Assembly (NCBI GenBank): GCA_021788015.1
Contig: JAJYLD010000003.1
Span: 33,772 to 97,771 of the forward strand
DNA: 64,000 bases
Direction of reading: 5' to 3'
DNA from: a bacterium
Lineage (GTDB): Bacteria; Patescibacteriota; Patescibacteriia; Patescibacteriales; JAKAJF01
Both the position numbers and the translations under genes were made by a program. Positions 18,850 through 27,580 of the stretch are shown here, piece by piece. Position 1 is the stretch's first letter. Every line of letters begins with the position of its first letter. The notes beneath the pieces were generated by a model that searched no databases, was not told the origin of the DNA, and saw only the letters and a program-made list of their open reading frames with translations.

Positions 18850-19034
18850 AGAATACGAAAAAGCCAGGCCGATTTGACCCGAGCTTTTAAGTTTTCCACA
18901 TTATAACAAAATTTTATTTTAATGGGTAGAGGCGGGAGCTTGCCCCGTTAGAGATCTGCTTTTTATTCAAATTCCAATATTGAAAACTAATCAGAATTTT
19001 TATTTCAGATTTATTTTGCGGGTCAGCTATATTT

Positions 19035-21059
19035 CTAACGAGGCGAAGAACTTACAGCCGCGGTACTTGTAGCCGTGCTCGAAGCCGTGCTTGTCGCATA
19101 GCGACCTTTAAAATACCAATCCACGAATTCATTGGCAACCGGAACGGCGACGGACGCCCCCTCTTCTCCTTGCTCGATTAAAATCGTAAAAGCGATTTGA
19201 GGATGATCATAAGGAGCAAAACCGGTAAACCAGGCGTGAGGAGGTTCTTTAGTTGACCACTGGGCCGTTCCCGTTTTTCCGGCAACTTCAACAGGAGCCG
19301 AGCCCAGCATGGTCGCGCTTCCGGACGTAATCGTCTGGCGCATGCCTTCGCGAACTATTTCCACATTCGGCGGGCTGATAATCCCGCTCCTAATTTCGTA
19401 GGGAGCTATTTTCTGAATGGACTGATCATCGCTATTTAAAATTTCTTCGACGAAATGCGGACGGTAAAGATGGCCTCCGTTTGCAAAATAACTAGTTACC
19501 ATTGTCAGCTGAAGCGGTGTCAATGTAAAAGCGCCTTGGCCAATGGAGACGTGGTAAGTATCGCCAATGTACCATGGTTGTCCGGTTGTTTTTTCTTTCC
19601 ATTCCGCGGTCGGAATAAATCCGGTGGCTTCGCCCGGCAAATCCACTCCGGTTTGAGTACCTAAATTAAAAAGTCTCTCATATTTATCGATCCTGTCCAA
19701 ACCCAAGCCTTGAAAATTTTGATAACCGCCGCCAATGATGTAAAAAAACGTATTTACCGAATCCGCAAGCGCCTTTCTTACGTTGGTCACCCCGTGTCCG
19801 CCCGCTTTCCAGTCCGGGAAAAACCATTGTCCGACATGCAAACCGCCCGTGCTCAAAAAGGTGGTATTTTCATTGATTACCCCCTCCTGCAACGCCGCCG
19901 CAGCTATAACCTGCTTAATGGTCGATCCCGATGGATATTCCCCGCTTATGGCCCGATTGAACAAAGGTTTGTCCTGTTCATTTAAGAGCTGCTCATATTC
20001 CTTCGCGCCGATTCCTTTCGCAAAATCGTTGTTATTATAGGTGGGGAGGCTTACCGAAGCTATTATTTCCCCGGTATTCGGATCCATGACAATGGCCACG
20101 CCTTTTGTCAGATGATGTTTGTTTAACATATCGCGCAAAAGCTGTTCGAGTTTTTGTTGGGCCGCGAGATCGATCGATAAAACCAAATTATCCCCGTCCT
20201 TACCTTGCTCTTCTCCGATTATTTTTTTCTCTTTTCCCAAAGCGTCCACTTCGATTTGTTTCTTTCCGTAAACACCGCGAAGTTCGGACTCGTAATAAGC
20301 TTCGAGTCCCGTCTGTCCCATATAATCGATAGGCAAATAATCGCTGCCCGCCTTTTTTAATTCCGCGTCCGTTATTTTACCCGTGTAGCCCAAGATATGC
20401 GAAAGGGAAAGCGCGCCGCCGAAATCATACTGTCGTCTGGTCGTGTTCGACAATACCACTCCGCTCCAAGTCGCCGATTCAATATAGAGTTGCATGGCTT
20501 TGTCGTAGTCGATATTGTCGGCTATGAACAAAGGATTGAGGGCATCAAGAGAATTTTTATTGACTTTGGCAATTTCGGTTTTTATTTCATCCGGAGTTTT
20601 GTTTCCTAAAATTTGACTGATGCGCGTAATAATTTGATTGAGTTCGTTATCGTCTTTGGGCAGGTCGGAAGGAATGACATAAAGCAAAAAGTTGGCGACA
20701 TTGCGAACCAAGGGAACGCGATTCCGGTCATAGATAATCCCTCTTTTCGGCTCGACGCGTTCGATGCGGATTCGATTTCCTTCGGCCATCGAATAATAGT
20801 AATCCCCTTTCGCGACTTGCAGCCAAGCCGCTCGGGCGACAAGAACGGAAAGGAAAAAAATTAAAATAAAACTTATCAAAGGAAGCCTTCTAAAATCAAA
20901 AGATTTCCCCAAAGTTTCTTTCGTTTTGTTTCCGGAAATATACGAATCTTCGGTCCAGCCCAAACGATAGGAAAAATTGGCCAAATTGCCGAATCTTCCT
21001 TCTTTTATGGAAAAGGGGTCGTCATCCCCCCTTTTTCTTTTTTTATAATTAAAAACCAT
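19035..21059 (-). CDS. mrdA: penicillin-binding protein 2 (elongasome transpeptidase)
   Basis: SGSTIKQ (SxxK), SVN, KTGTA motifs; follows mreBCD; Ser/Thr/Ala-rich C-terminal tail. Confidence 0.9.
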   Translation of the reverse strand: MVFNYKKRKRGDDDPFSIKEGRFGNLANFSYRLGWTEDSYISGNKTKETLGKSFDFRRLPLISFILIFFLSVLVARAAWLQVAKGDYYYSMAEGNRIRIERVEPKRGIIYDRNRVPLVRNVANFLLYVIPSDLPKDDNELNQIITRISQILGNKTPDEIKTEIAKVNKNSLDALNPLFIADNIDYDKAMQLYIESATWSGVVLSNTTRRQYDFGGALSLSHILGYTGKITDAELKKAGSDYLPIDYMGQTGLEAYYESELRGVYGKKQIEVDALGKEKKIIGEEQGKDGDNLVLSIDLAAQQKLEQLLRDMLNKHHLTKGVAIVMDPNTGEIIASVSLPTYNNNDFAKGIGAKEYEQLLNEQDKPLFNRAISGEYPSGSTIKQVIAAAALQEGVINENTTFLSTGGLHVGQWFFPDWKAGGHGVTNVRKALADSVNTFFYIIGGGYQNFQGLGLDRIDKYERLFNLGTQTGVDLPGEATGFIPTAEWKEKTTGQPWYIGDTYHVSIGQGAFTLTPLQLTMVTSYFANGGHLYRPHFVEEILNSDDQSIQKIAPYEIRSGIISPPNVEIVREGMRQTITSGSATMLGSAPVEVAGKTGTAQWSTKEPPHAWFTGFAPYDHPQIAFTILIEQGEEGASVAVPVANEFVDWYFKGRYATSTASSTATSTAAVSSSPR

Positions 21060-21090
21060 AATTAATAATAAATTCTAAACCTGAACATCT

Positions 21091-21193
21091 AAATTCTAAA
21101 CAAAATACCTAAATTCAAAATTCAAATATCTAAATGTTTTGAATTTTTATCTTTCGAATTTTGAATTTGTTTCGGATTTAGGATTTAGAATTT
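21091..21193. repeat. long word hairpin (aaattc/taaat words) in mreD/mrdA gap
   Basis: aaattctaaacaaaatacctaaattcaaaattcaaatatctaaa pairs imperfectly with tttgaatttttatctttcgaattttgaatttgtttcggatttaggatttagaattt. Confidence 0.65.
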
Positions 21194-21249
21194 TTGTTAG
21201 AATAACAATCATTGCGTTCGTTTAATAGGCCAATATGCCAAGAATGTCA

Positions 21250-21783
21250 CTATCGTTTTATCAGAAATACCGGCTTTAATTTTACGCTCAAAAAATTGAA
21301 AGCGTAAAATAAAATCAATGTGCCGAAAAGATTCAGAATCAATTGCTTCAATTCTCCCGTCCAAAATCGCTCGTCCAAAACCAAAAAAGAAACTTTGTTT
21401 AAAATGAGACTCAAAAAATATCCGATTGAATTGGAAAAAAATTCATAAAATAAAGATCCGAAAAAGGTGAGAGCCAAAAAAGAATAAAGCGAACGGTTCG
21501 TGAAAAAATGAACCAAAAGAAAATTTACAATTACTATTGTAAGCACCAAAGAAAAAAGATGCGTTCCAAATGGTTCGAAAGAAAAAATATCAAGAAGCGT
21601 TCCCGTTCCGATCACCCACCACAAGCTTAAGTTTAATCCGCCCATAACCAAAATGAAAAGTAAAATTATCAAAGACAGATTAAAATTTCCGAACCAAGAA
21701 GGTAAACCGCTGATAAATCCCGTTTGGACGAGAGCGAGTATTAATATCAGAATTGAATTTAAAAGTATTTTTCTGAATCGCAT
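21250..21783 (-). CDS. mreD: rod shape-determining protein MreD
   Basis: polytopic membrane protein directly after mreC; start ambiguous (21783 or 21825). Confidence 0.7.
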   Translation of the reverse strand: MRFRKILLNSILILILALVQTGFISGLPSWFGNFNLSLIILLFILVMGGLNLSLWWVIGTGTLLDIFSFEPFGTHLFSLVLTIVIVNFLLVHFFTNRSLYSFLALTFFGSLFYEFFSNSIGYFLSLILNKVSFLVLDERFWTGELKQLILNLFGTLILFYAFNFLSVKLKPVFLIKR

Positions 21784-21879
21784 ATCTTGTATAGCATATC
21801 TCGTATAGCACTTAGTTTTTTCCATCGTTCATCCATAATAATCAAAACGACATGTGCCGCGAGATATGCGATATGTGAA

Positions 21880-22686
21880 TTAATTCGGTATCAGAACCGA
21901 TACTATTGTTAAATCGTTCGGATCGACCAGGGGCTCGACAACCGCGTCCTGCCAAAGTTCGTTATTCTCTTTATTGACCTGGGCCACGGTTCCGATAACA
22001 AGTCCGCGAGGAATATCCGTTTCAAGTCCGGAAGTGATGATGATGTCTCCCATCTTGATCGATTTTGTTTGCGGAATAAAATTCATTTTTATAATCAAGC
22101 CCAAATCGCCCTCGGCTATCCCGCTTGTTTTGTCCTGGTTCTGGACGGTTACGGCGATCTTGCAAGCCGGATTGACCGTAAGACAGGCTTCGGAAATACT
22201 ATCTTTTACATCCATTATCTTTCCGACAATTATGCCCTGACCGCTTATAACCGGATAGCCTATGTCGATTCCGTCTTTCGCTCCCTTGTTAATTAAAATG
22301 GTTTCGCCGGTATCGGAATCGACACCGCCCCTTGAAATAATATCGGCCATCACGTAATGCTCTTTGTTTTGCGTAAAAAATTTAAGGTAATCGCGCAAAG
22401 TCTGATTTTCGTCTTCCAAATTTTTTAAGTTTGAATTTTCTACAATTAAATTATTGACTTGGCTTTTCAAATTTTTCACTTCGTTCTCGAGGGTGGTCTG
22501 ATTTTCTTCCGCATTGTATGTTTTTCTAAAAAAAGAACTTACCGAATACATTCGGGAAAGCAATGGCCTTGAAACCCGCGTTAAAAGATTTTCCGCGGGC
22601 AAGAGAAGACCGATGTAATGCAAAAAAACGAGCAGCACAACAGCCGCTCCGAATGTGGTTATTTTTTTTGTGTCTAATTTTACCAT
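21880..22686 (-). CDS. mreC: rod shape-determining protein MreC
   Basis: N-terminal TM, coiled coil, two beta-barrel regions (GMPVISGQGIIGKI-like, TSGLETDIPRGLVIG). Confidence 0.88.
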   Translation of the reverse strand: MVKLDTKKITTFGAAVVLLVFLHYIGLLLPAENLLTRVSRPLLSRMYSVSSFFRKTYNAEENQTTLENEVKNLKSQVNNLIVENSNLKNLEDENQTLRDYLKFFTQNKEHYVMADIISRGGVDSDTGETILINKGAKDGIDIGYPVISGQGIIVGKIMDVKDSISEACLTVNPACKIAVTVQNQDKTSGIAEGDLGLIIKMNFIPQTKSIKMGDIIITSGLETDIPRGLVIGTVAQVNKENNELWQDAVVEPLVDPNDLTIVSVLIPN

Positions 22687-22725
22687 GATTGAGGATATTC
22701 CTCTCCCGTCTCACTTATGTTCGAC

Positions 22726-22759
22726 ACCCTCTCCCAATTAGGGGAGGGCCGGGGTGAGG
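22726..22759. repeat. G+C-rich palindromic repeat unit
   Basis: ccctctcccaattaggggagggccggggtgagga. Confidence 0.65.
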
Positions 22760-22760
22760 A

Positions 22761-23804
22761 TTAGAATTCTTGAGTACTCGGAGTGAGCACTTTGCCTAAC
22801 AGTTCCGGATCGGACAGAAGAATTCCGGTCCCGCGAGCGACGCAAGTAAGCGGATCGTCCGCGACTTTTACGGGTATTTTTGTCGCTTGGGCGATTTCCT
22901 TGTCGAGTCCGCGGAGCAAAGCTCCTCCGCCGGTCAGAACGATTCCGTGCTCGTAAATATCCGCCACCAATTCCGGCGGTGTCGTTTCCAAAGTGATTTT
23001 TATATTTTCAATTATTTGATTAACCGTCCTCGATATGGCTTCCCTGATCTGGGCATCATTAACCGTAATCGCCCTAGGCAAACCATTAATCAGATCGCGT
23101 CCCCTGATTTGCATCTCCATCATCTCCTTTAAAACAGTTGCCGATCCGATTCTGATTTTTACCGCTTCGGCAAGCTGTTCGCCGATAAGCATATTGAACT
23201 CTTCCCGGACATACTGCATGATATTGTTGTTCAGTTCGTTGCCGGCCAAACGCAAAGTTTTCCAAGTCACCGCTCCCCCCAGAGAAATGACCGCGATTTC
23301 TGTCGTGCCTCCGCCGATATCGACAACCATGGTCGCCGTCGCTTCGGTTACCGGAAGTCTCGCTCCGATCGCCGCCGCCATCGATTCCTCAATTAAATAT
23401 ATCTGACGCGCGCCGGCCGATTTGGCCGCGTCTTCGACCGCCTTCTTTTCCACCTCGGTTATGTCCAAAGGTATGCCGATGACGACGCGAGGACGAGGCA
23501 CCAAAGTAAAACTTTCTCCGTGCACCTTGTTGATAAAGTATTTAAGCATTTTTTCCGTAACCTCGAAATCGGAAATTACGCCGTCCACCAATGGTTTTAC
23601 CGCTTGAATATGGCCGGGCGTTTTCCCGACCATTCTTTTCGCCTCTTCTCCGACCGCCAAAATTTCGTCCGTGCGCATATTGACGGCGACAACCGACGGC
23701 TCATTGATGATGATGCCTCTTTCCTGAACATAAACCAAAGTACTCGTGGTACCCAGATCAATACCCAAATCTTTCGAAAATTTTCCCAAAAATTTATTAA
23801 ACAT
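22761..23804 (-). CDS. mreB: rod shape-determining protein MreB
   Basis: actin-fold motifs [41 protein letters not shown]; start trimmed to MFNKFLGKF. Confidence 0.97.
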   Translation of the reverse strand: MFNKFLGKFSKDLGIDLGTTSTLVYVQERGIIINEPSVVAVNMRTDEILAVGEEAKRMVGKTPGHIQAVKPLVDGVISDFEVTEKMLKYFINKVHGESFTLVPRPRVVIGIPLDITEVEKKAVEDAAKSAGARQIYLIEESMAAAIGARLPVTEATATMVVDIGGGTTEIAVISLGGAVTWKTLRLAGNELNNNIMQYVREEFNMLIGEQLAEAVKIRIGSATVLKEMMEMQIRGRDLINGLPRAITVNDAQIREAISRTVNQIIENIKITLETTPPELVADIYEHGIVLTGGGALLRGLDKEIAQATKIPVKVADDPLTCVARGTGILLSDPELLGKVLTPSTQEF

Positions 23805-24019
23805 GTAAATAAATACAAAAGTCTGCCCGCCAATCGCTACGCTTAAGGCGTTAGCAGGCAAAAGTCAAAATATGATAACTAATTTCTAAATTATGATTCC
23901 TAATAAAATTTCTAACATTTAATTTCTAATTTTTATTGGAAATTAAAAATTATAGTTTAGACATTCTGGTTTTTTACTTTGGCAAAATATTTTTTTAAAA
24001 TTTCGCCATTTTTACAAAA

Positions 24020-24346
24020 TCAACTATGCATCTCATTCAGCTCTTCCCATTTCCATTCTCTCGCTTTCGCTTTATTTAATTTTTTTAAAATTTCTTTCTC
24101 GATGTCGATTCCGTATATTCCGGCCAAATGCGCGACTCTGATAACTATGTCGGCGAGCTCTTCTTCAAAACCATTCTCGCCGTCCATTCTTTTTTTCCGA
24201 AACGCATCAAGGGCTTCGCTCACCTCGCTATGGATTAAGGCTAGTTTTTCCATGGTGTTAATTTCTTCCGGCCGCGTGCCGAATCCTTTCTCTTTTGCGA
24301 TATCCATGATCAAATCGGTTATTTTTTTAAATGTTTCTTCTTCCAT
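24020..24346 (-). CDS. MazG-like all-alpha NTP pyrophosphohydrolase
   Basis: EKLALIHSEVSEALDAFRK ... EEELADIVIRVAHLAGIYGIDIE; start trimmed to MEEETFKK. Confidence 0.72.
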   Translation of the reverse strand: MEEETFKKITDLIMDIAKEKGFGTRPEEINTMEKLALIHSEVSEALDAFRKKRMDGENGFEEELADIVIRVAHLAGIYGIDIEKEILKKLNKAKAREWKWEELNEMHS

Positions 24347-24402
24347 CTGAATTGCAAATCGCAAATTGTCCGCCTGGAGCGAATCCGCCCTGGGCGGAAA
24401 AA

Positions 24403-24714
24403 TCAAAAATTACTTAATCTCTTTTCAAGTTCTTCGGCGGTCCGCCAAAAAGACTTTTCCAAATCGATTCCCAATTTCCCGGCTATCCAAAACAGCGACA
24501 AAAGAATATCGCCCAGTTCATGTTCCAATTCTTTAATATCATTTTTTGCATCGTCGCGATAACCTTCGTAGACCATCAGCTTTTTTGATAGATTACCGAT
24601 GTCTTTCACCATCCCCATAAAAATCTGATCCACTCTCCATTCTTTTGGTTCGATATTGTCGTAAAGTTCTCGAATCTTACGCGCTTGCTCGCGCATTTTT
24701 TGTAAATCACTCAT
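24403..24714 (-). CDS. MazG-like all-alpha NTP pyrophosphohydrolase (paralog)
   Basis: ELEHELGDILLSLFWIAGKLGIDLEKSF; start trimmed to MSDLQKMRE. Confidence 0.72.
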   Translation of the reverse strand: MSDLQKMREQARKIRELYDNIEPKEWRVDQIFMGMVKDIGNLSKKLMVYEGYRDDAKNDIKELEHELGDILLSLFWIAGKLGIDLEKSFWRTAEELEKRLSNF

Positions 24715-24767
24715 AAAAAATCGCAAATTGTAAATCGAAAACTGCCTGCCGGAGGCAAATCGAAAAT

Positions 24768-26036
24768 TCATTTTAATTTATCTACAACTCCTTCCAGGCC
24801 GATGAAAACCGCTCCCTCTTGATTTCTCTTTTTTACCTCGACGGAGTTTTCTTTTAATGTTTTCTCACTCACAACGACTCGGTACGGGCAACCGATCAAA
24901 TCCGCATCCGCGAATTTTTCTCCGGCGCCGGCATCGCGATCGTCGTACAAAATTTCTATTCCCGACTTTTTCAAATCATTGTATAATTTTCCCGCCGCGT
25001 CGCGTACAGACGCGTTATTTTTTCCGGACAGTTCGATCAAATGCGCTTTGAACGGCGCCACTTCTTCCGGCCAGATTATGCCTCGCTCGTCATGATGAAC
25101 TTCGACGATCGCTCCCATCAATCTTGTCACGCCTATTCCGTAACTGGCCAAATGGACCGGTTTCTTTTCGCCCTTTTCGTCGGTAAAATACAACCCCATC
25201 GCTTTGGTGTATTTGTCGTAAAACCTGAAAATATTGCCCGTTTCTATACTTTTTGAAACAACGATTTCTCCTCCGCATTTCGGACATTTTTTTATCTCGT
25301 CCTTTTTGTAAATTTCGATATTTTGCGCGAAATCGCACTTATCGCAATGCGCGATCCGATCTTCGCCCGATTCGGAAATCGCCTGAAATTCATGGGAAAA
25401 ATTTTTAGTGAAACTTCCTCCCGAAGCCTCAACCATAAGAGATTTGCATCCCGTTCGATCAAAAACTTTTTTATACGCTTCTCCGACTTTAAAATAATAA
25501 TCATCCAATTCTCCGGCGTCTTTATGAAAAGAGTACATGTCTTTCATTATGAATTCTCTGCCTCTTATCAAGCCGGACTTCGGCCTGAGTTCCTGTCTGA
25601 ATTTGGTTTGAAACTGATAAAACGCGTAAGGTAAATCTTTATAGGAATGCGTATATTTTTTTGCGAGCTCGATAGCGACCTCTTCGTGCGTCGCGCCAAA
25701 ACCGACGTCTCTTCCGAGTTTGTCTTTCAACTGATACATCACCTCTCTCATTCTGCCCCAGCCTTTTTCGTCCTCGGGACCGATATCGGTATCTTTCCAA
25801 ATTTCTTTCGGCTGAAGAGACGGCATCAAAATTTCCTGACCGCCGACATTATTCATTTCTCCTCTGATTATATTTTCTATTTTATCGATAACCCGCCAAC
25901 CGAGAGGCAAAAAGGAATATACTCCCGCCATGAGCTTATCCGCAAATCCGGCCTTAATAAGGATTCGAGCGTTAAAACTCGTCTCGTCTTTCGGCAATTC
26001 TTTGGTTGTCTTCGTGAATAGTTGAGATTGGCGCAT
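24768..26036 (-). CDS. proS: prolyl-tRNA synthetase, minimal form without INS editing domain
   Basis: MRQSQLFTKT...AGFADKLMAGVYSFLPLG, class II motifs, Cys4 ribbon CDKC...CPKC in place of INS, anticodon-binding C-terminus; 422 aa. Confidence 0.9.
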   Translation of the reverse strand: MRQSQLFTKTTKELPKDETSFNARILIKAGFADKLMAGVYSFLPLGWRVIDKIENIIRGEMNNVGGQEILMPSLQPKEIWKDTDIGPEDEKGWGRMREVMYQLKDKLGRDVGFGATHEEVAIELAKKYTHSYKDLPYAFYQFQTKFRQELRPKSGLIRGREFIMKDMYSFHKDAGELDDYYFKVGEAYKKVFDRTGCKSLMVEASGGSFTKNFSHEFQAISESGEDRIAHCDKCDFAQNIEIYKKDEIKKCPKCGGEIVVSKSIETGNIFRFYDKYTKAMGLYFTDEKGEKKPVHLASYGIGVTRLMGAIVEVHHDERGIIWPEEVAPFKAHLIELSGKNNASVRDAAGKLYNDLKKSGIEILYDDRDAGAGEKFADADLIGCPYRVVVSEKTLKENSVEVKKRNQEGAVFIGLEGVVDKLK

Positions 26037-26099
26037 AGGGAGAATGAATGTAAAAGGTGAACAAATTTTTTGTTCAGTTACGCATGCTTTTATAAATTC

Positions 26100-26128
26100 A
26101 GTTTAACCCAAAAGCCAAACCTTGTCAA
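26100..26128 (-). promoter_or_regulatory. candidate proS promoter TTGACA-17-TAAACT
   Basis: reverse complement 26123-26128 = TTGACA, 26100-26105 = TAAACT. Confidence 0.4.
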
Positions 26129-26271
26129 AGCAATTCAGACAACAGAAAACAGACGGCAGACGGCAGAAAAAATTTTGAAATTTATGAAATTGAGACAAAT
26201 TTATTGAGATTAATCGTTGTTGTATCCACAATAAATTTCCACTAATTTCACGAAGCGAGTTTCATTTTTTA

Positions 26272-26460
26272 TCATTGCGGCCTCCGAGTCGCAATCCAGG
26301 AGTAAAATGCGTTAAGGCGGATTTTAAATTTTTTATATCCAGCACATCTTTTCTAATTCTTTACACTACAAATCAAAAATTTATTCTAATCACACCTGGA
26401 TCCCGAATCACCTGCCCGAAATGCTTCGCAATCGAAGCAGGCGGGAGTCCGGGATGACAA
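26272..26460. mobile_element. MITE-like composite repeat, copy B (189 bp)
   Basis: tcattgcggcctccgagtcgcaatccaggagtaaaatg ... identical 35-mer cctgcccgaaatgcttcgcaatcgaagcaggcggg ... gggatgacaa. Confidence 0.6.
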
Positions 26461-26546
26461 ATTAAAAGAGACGTGGCATTGCCCCGCGTCTCTAAAAATT
26501 TTTTCAGTGTAATCAGTGAATTCAGTGCGAATCAGTGGTTCAGAAT

Positions 26547-27440
26547 TTATTTTTTCCCGATTTTCTCCCAAACCACAAGCAAGGGCGAAGCCACGAAAAT
26601 CGATGAGTACGTTCCGATAAAAATTCCGATCGTCAAAGCCAGCGCGAAATTTCTGATGGACGCGCCGCCAAAAATGGTTATCGCCAATAAAGTCAAAAGC
26701 ACCGTCAAGGAGGTGTTGAGGGAGCGAACCAAAGTTTGATTCAAGCTCGTATTGACAGTGCCTTCAAAATCTTCGTTGCTGCGCGGTAAATTTTCGCGGA
26801 TACGGTCGAAGACTACGATGGTGTCATGCACGGAATAGCCGAGAACGGTCAAAACGGCGGCTACGAAAGCAACGTCGATTTCAATGCCGAGATATTTTCC
26901 CAAAACGGCGAAAACTCCGACCGTGATTATGACATCATGAAACATGGCCAAGAGAGCGGATAAGCCGTATTTCCAGGAAGCGACCGGCTTCGATACTTTT
27001 CGAAAAGCTATGCTGATATAAATAATGATGGCGACGAGAACCCAAAAAATGGCATAAACGGACTTTTGTTTCAATTCGTTTCCTATTGAAGGGCCGACGG
27101 CGTCATATTGCAATTCGTCAATTCCTTTCTTGTCCAAACTTTTTAATCTGTCCAAAACTTCCTGGTGCGTTTCTTTGCTTGAATCCTGATATCTCAAAAT
27201 AACATCGCTCGCGCCCGCCGGTTGCACGGTCAAGCCGCCCAATTTCAGATCTTTAAGGTTATCCTCAATGGCAGAGTTGCTCGGCCTTTGGCCTAAAAAT
27301 TTTACTTCAAGAGAAGAACCGCCGGTAAAATCAACCCCTAGCTTTAATCCCCAAACGATAAGGGCGAAAAGCGCGACTACGAATAAAATTCCCGAAATTG
27401 TCAGCCAAATATTTTTCTTTTGTATAAATTGGTAATTCAT
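26547..27440 (-). CDS. secF: protein translocase subunit SecF
   Basis: LGVDFTGGS, six TM, HDVIITVG and DTIVVFDRIRE motifs. Confidence 0.93.
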   Translation of the reverse strand: MNYQFIQKKNIWLTISGILFVVALFALIVWGLKLGVDFTGGSSLEVKFLGQRPSNSAIEDNLKDLKLGGLTVQPAGASDVILRYQDSSKETHQEVLDRLKSLDKKGIDELQYDAVGPSIGNELKQKSVYAIFWVLVAIIIYISIAFRKVSKPVASWKYGLSALLAMFHDVIITVGVFAVLGKYLGIEIDVAFVAAVLTVLGYSVHDTIVVFDRIRENLPRSNEDFEGTVNTSLNQTLVRSLNTSLTVLLTLLAITIFGGASIRNFALALTIGIFIGTYSSIFVASPLLVVWEKIGKK

Positions 27441-27553
27441 CCCGTTAGAAGCAGATCGCGATCTGTTATAATCTGCAAAAATTATTTTTTAGTTTACGAT
27501 TAAAAATTTACTGAATTATTACTCCCGACAGAAGCGATCGCGGCTTCTAACGG
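27441..27553. repeat. long-range hairpin in secD/secF gap
   Basis: cccgttagaagc... (27441-27465) pairs with ...gcttctaacgg (27529-27553); 11 bp perfect plus partial. Confidence 0.55.
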
Positions 27554-27580
27554 AATTCGTATAAATTAAATTCGAACGCT

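Noticed and set aside
19035-23804. Missing rodA after mreBCD-mrdA as a notable absence
   Set aside because: RodA is often encoded elsewhere, and absence from a 64-kb window is not informative.
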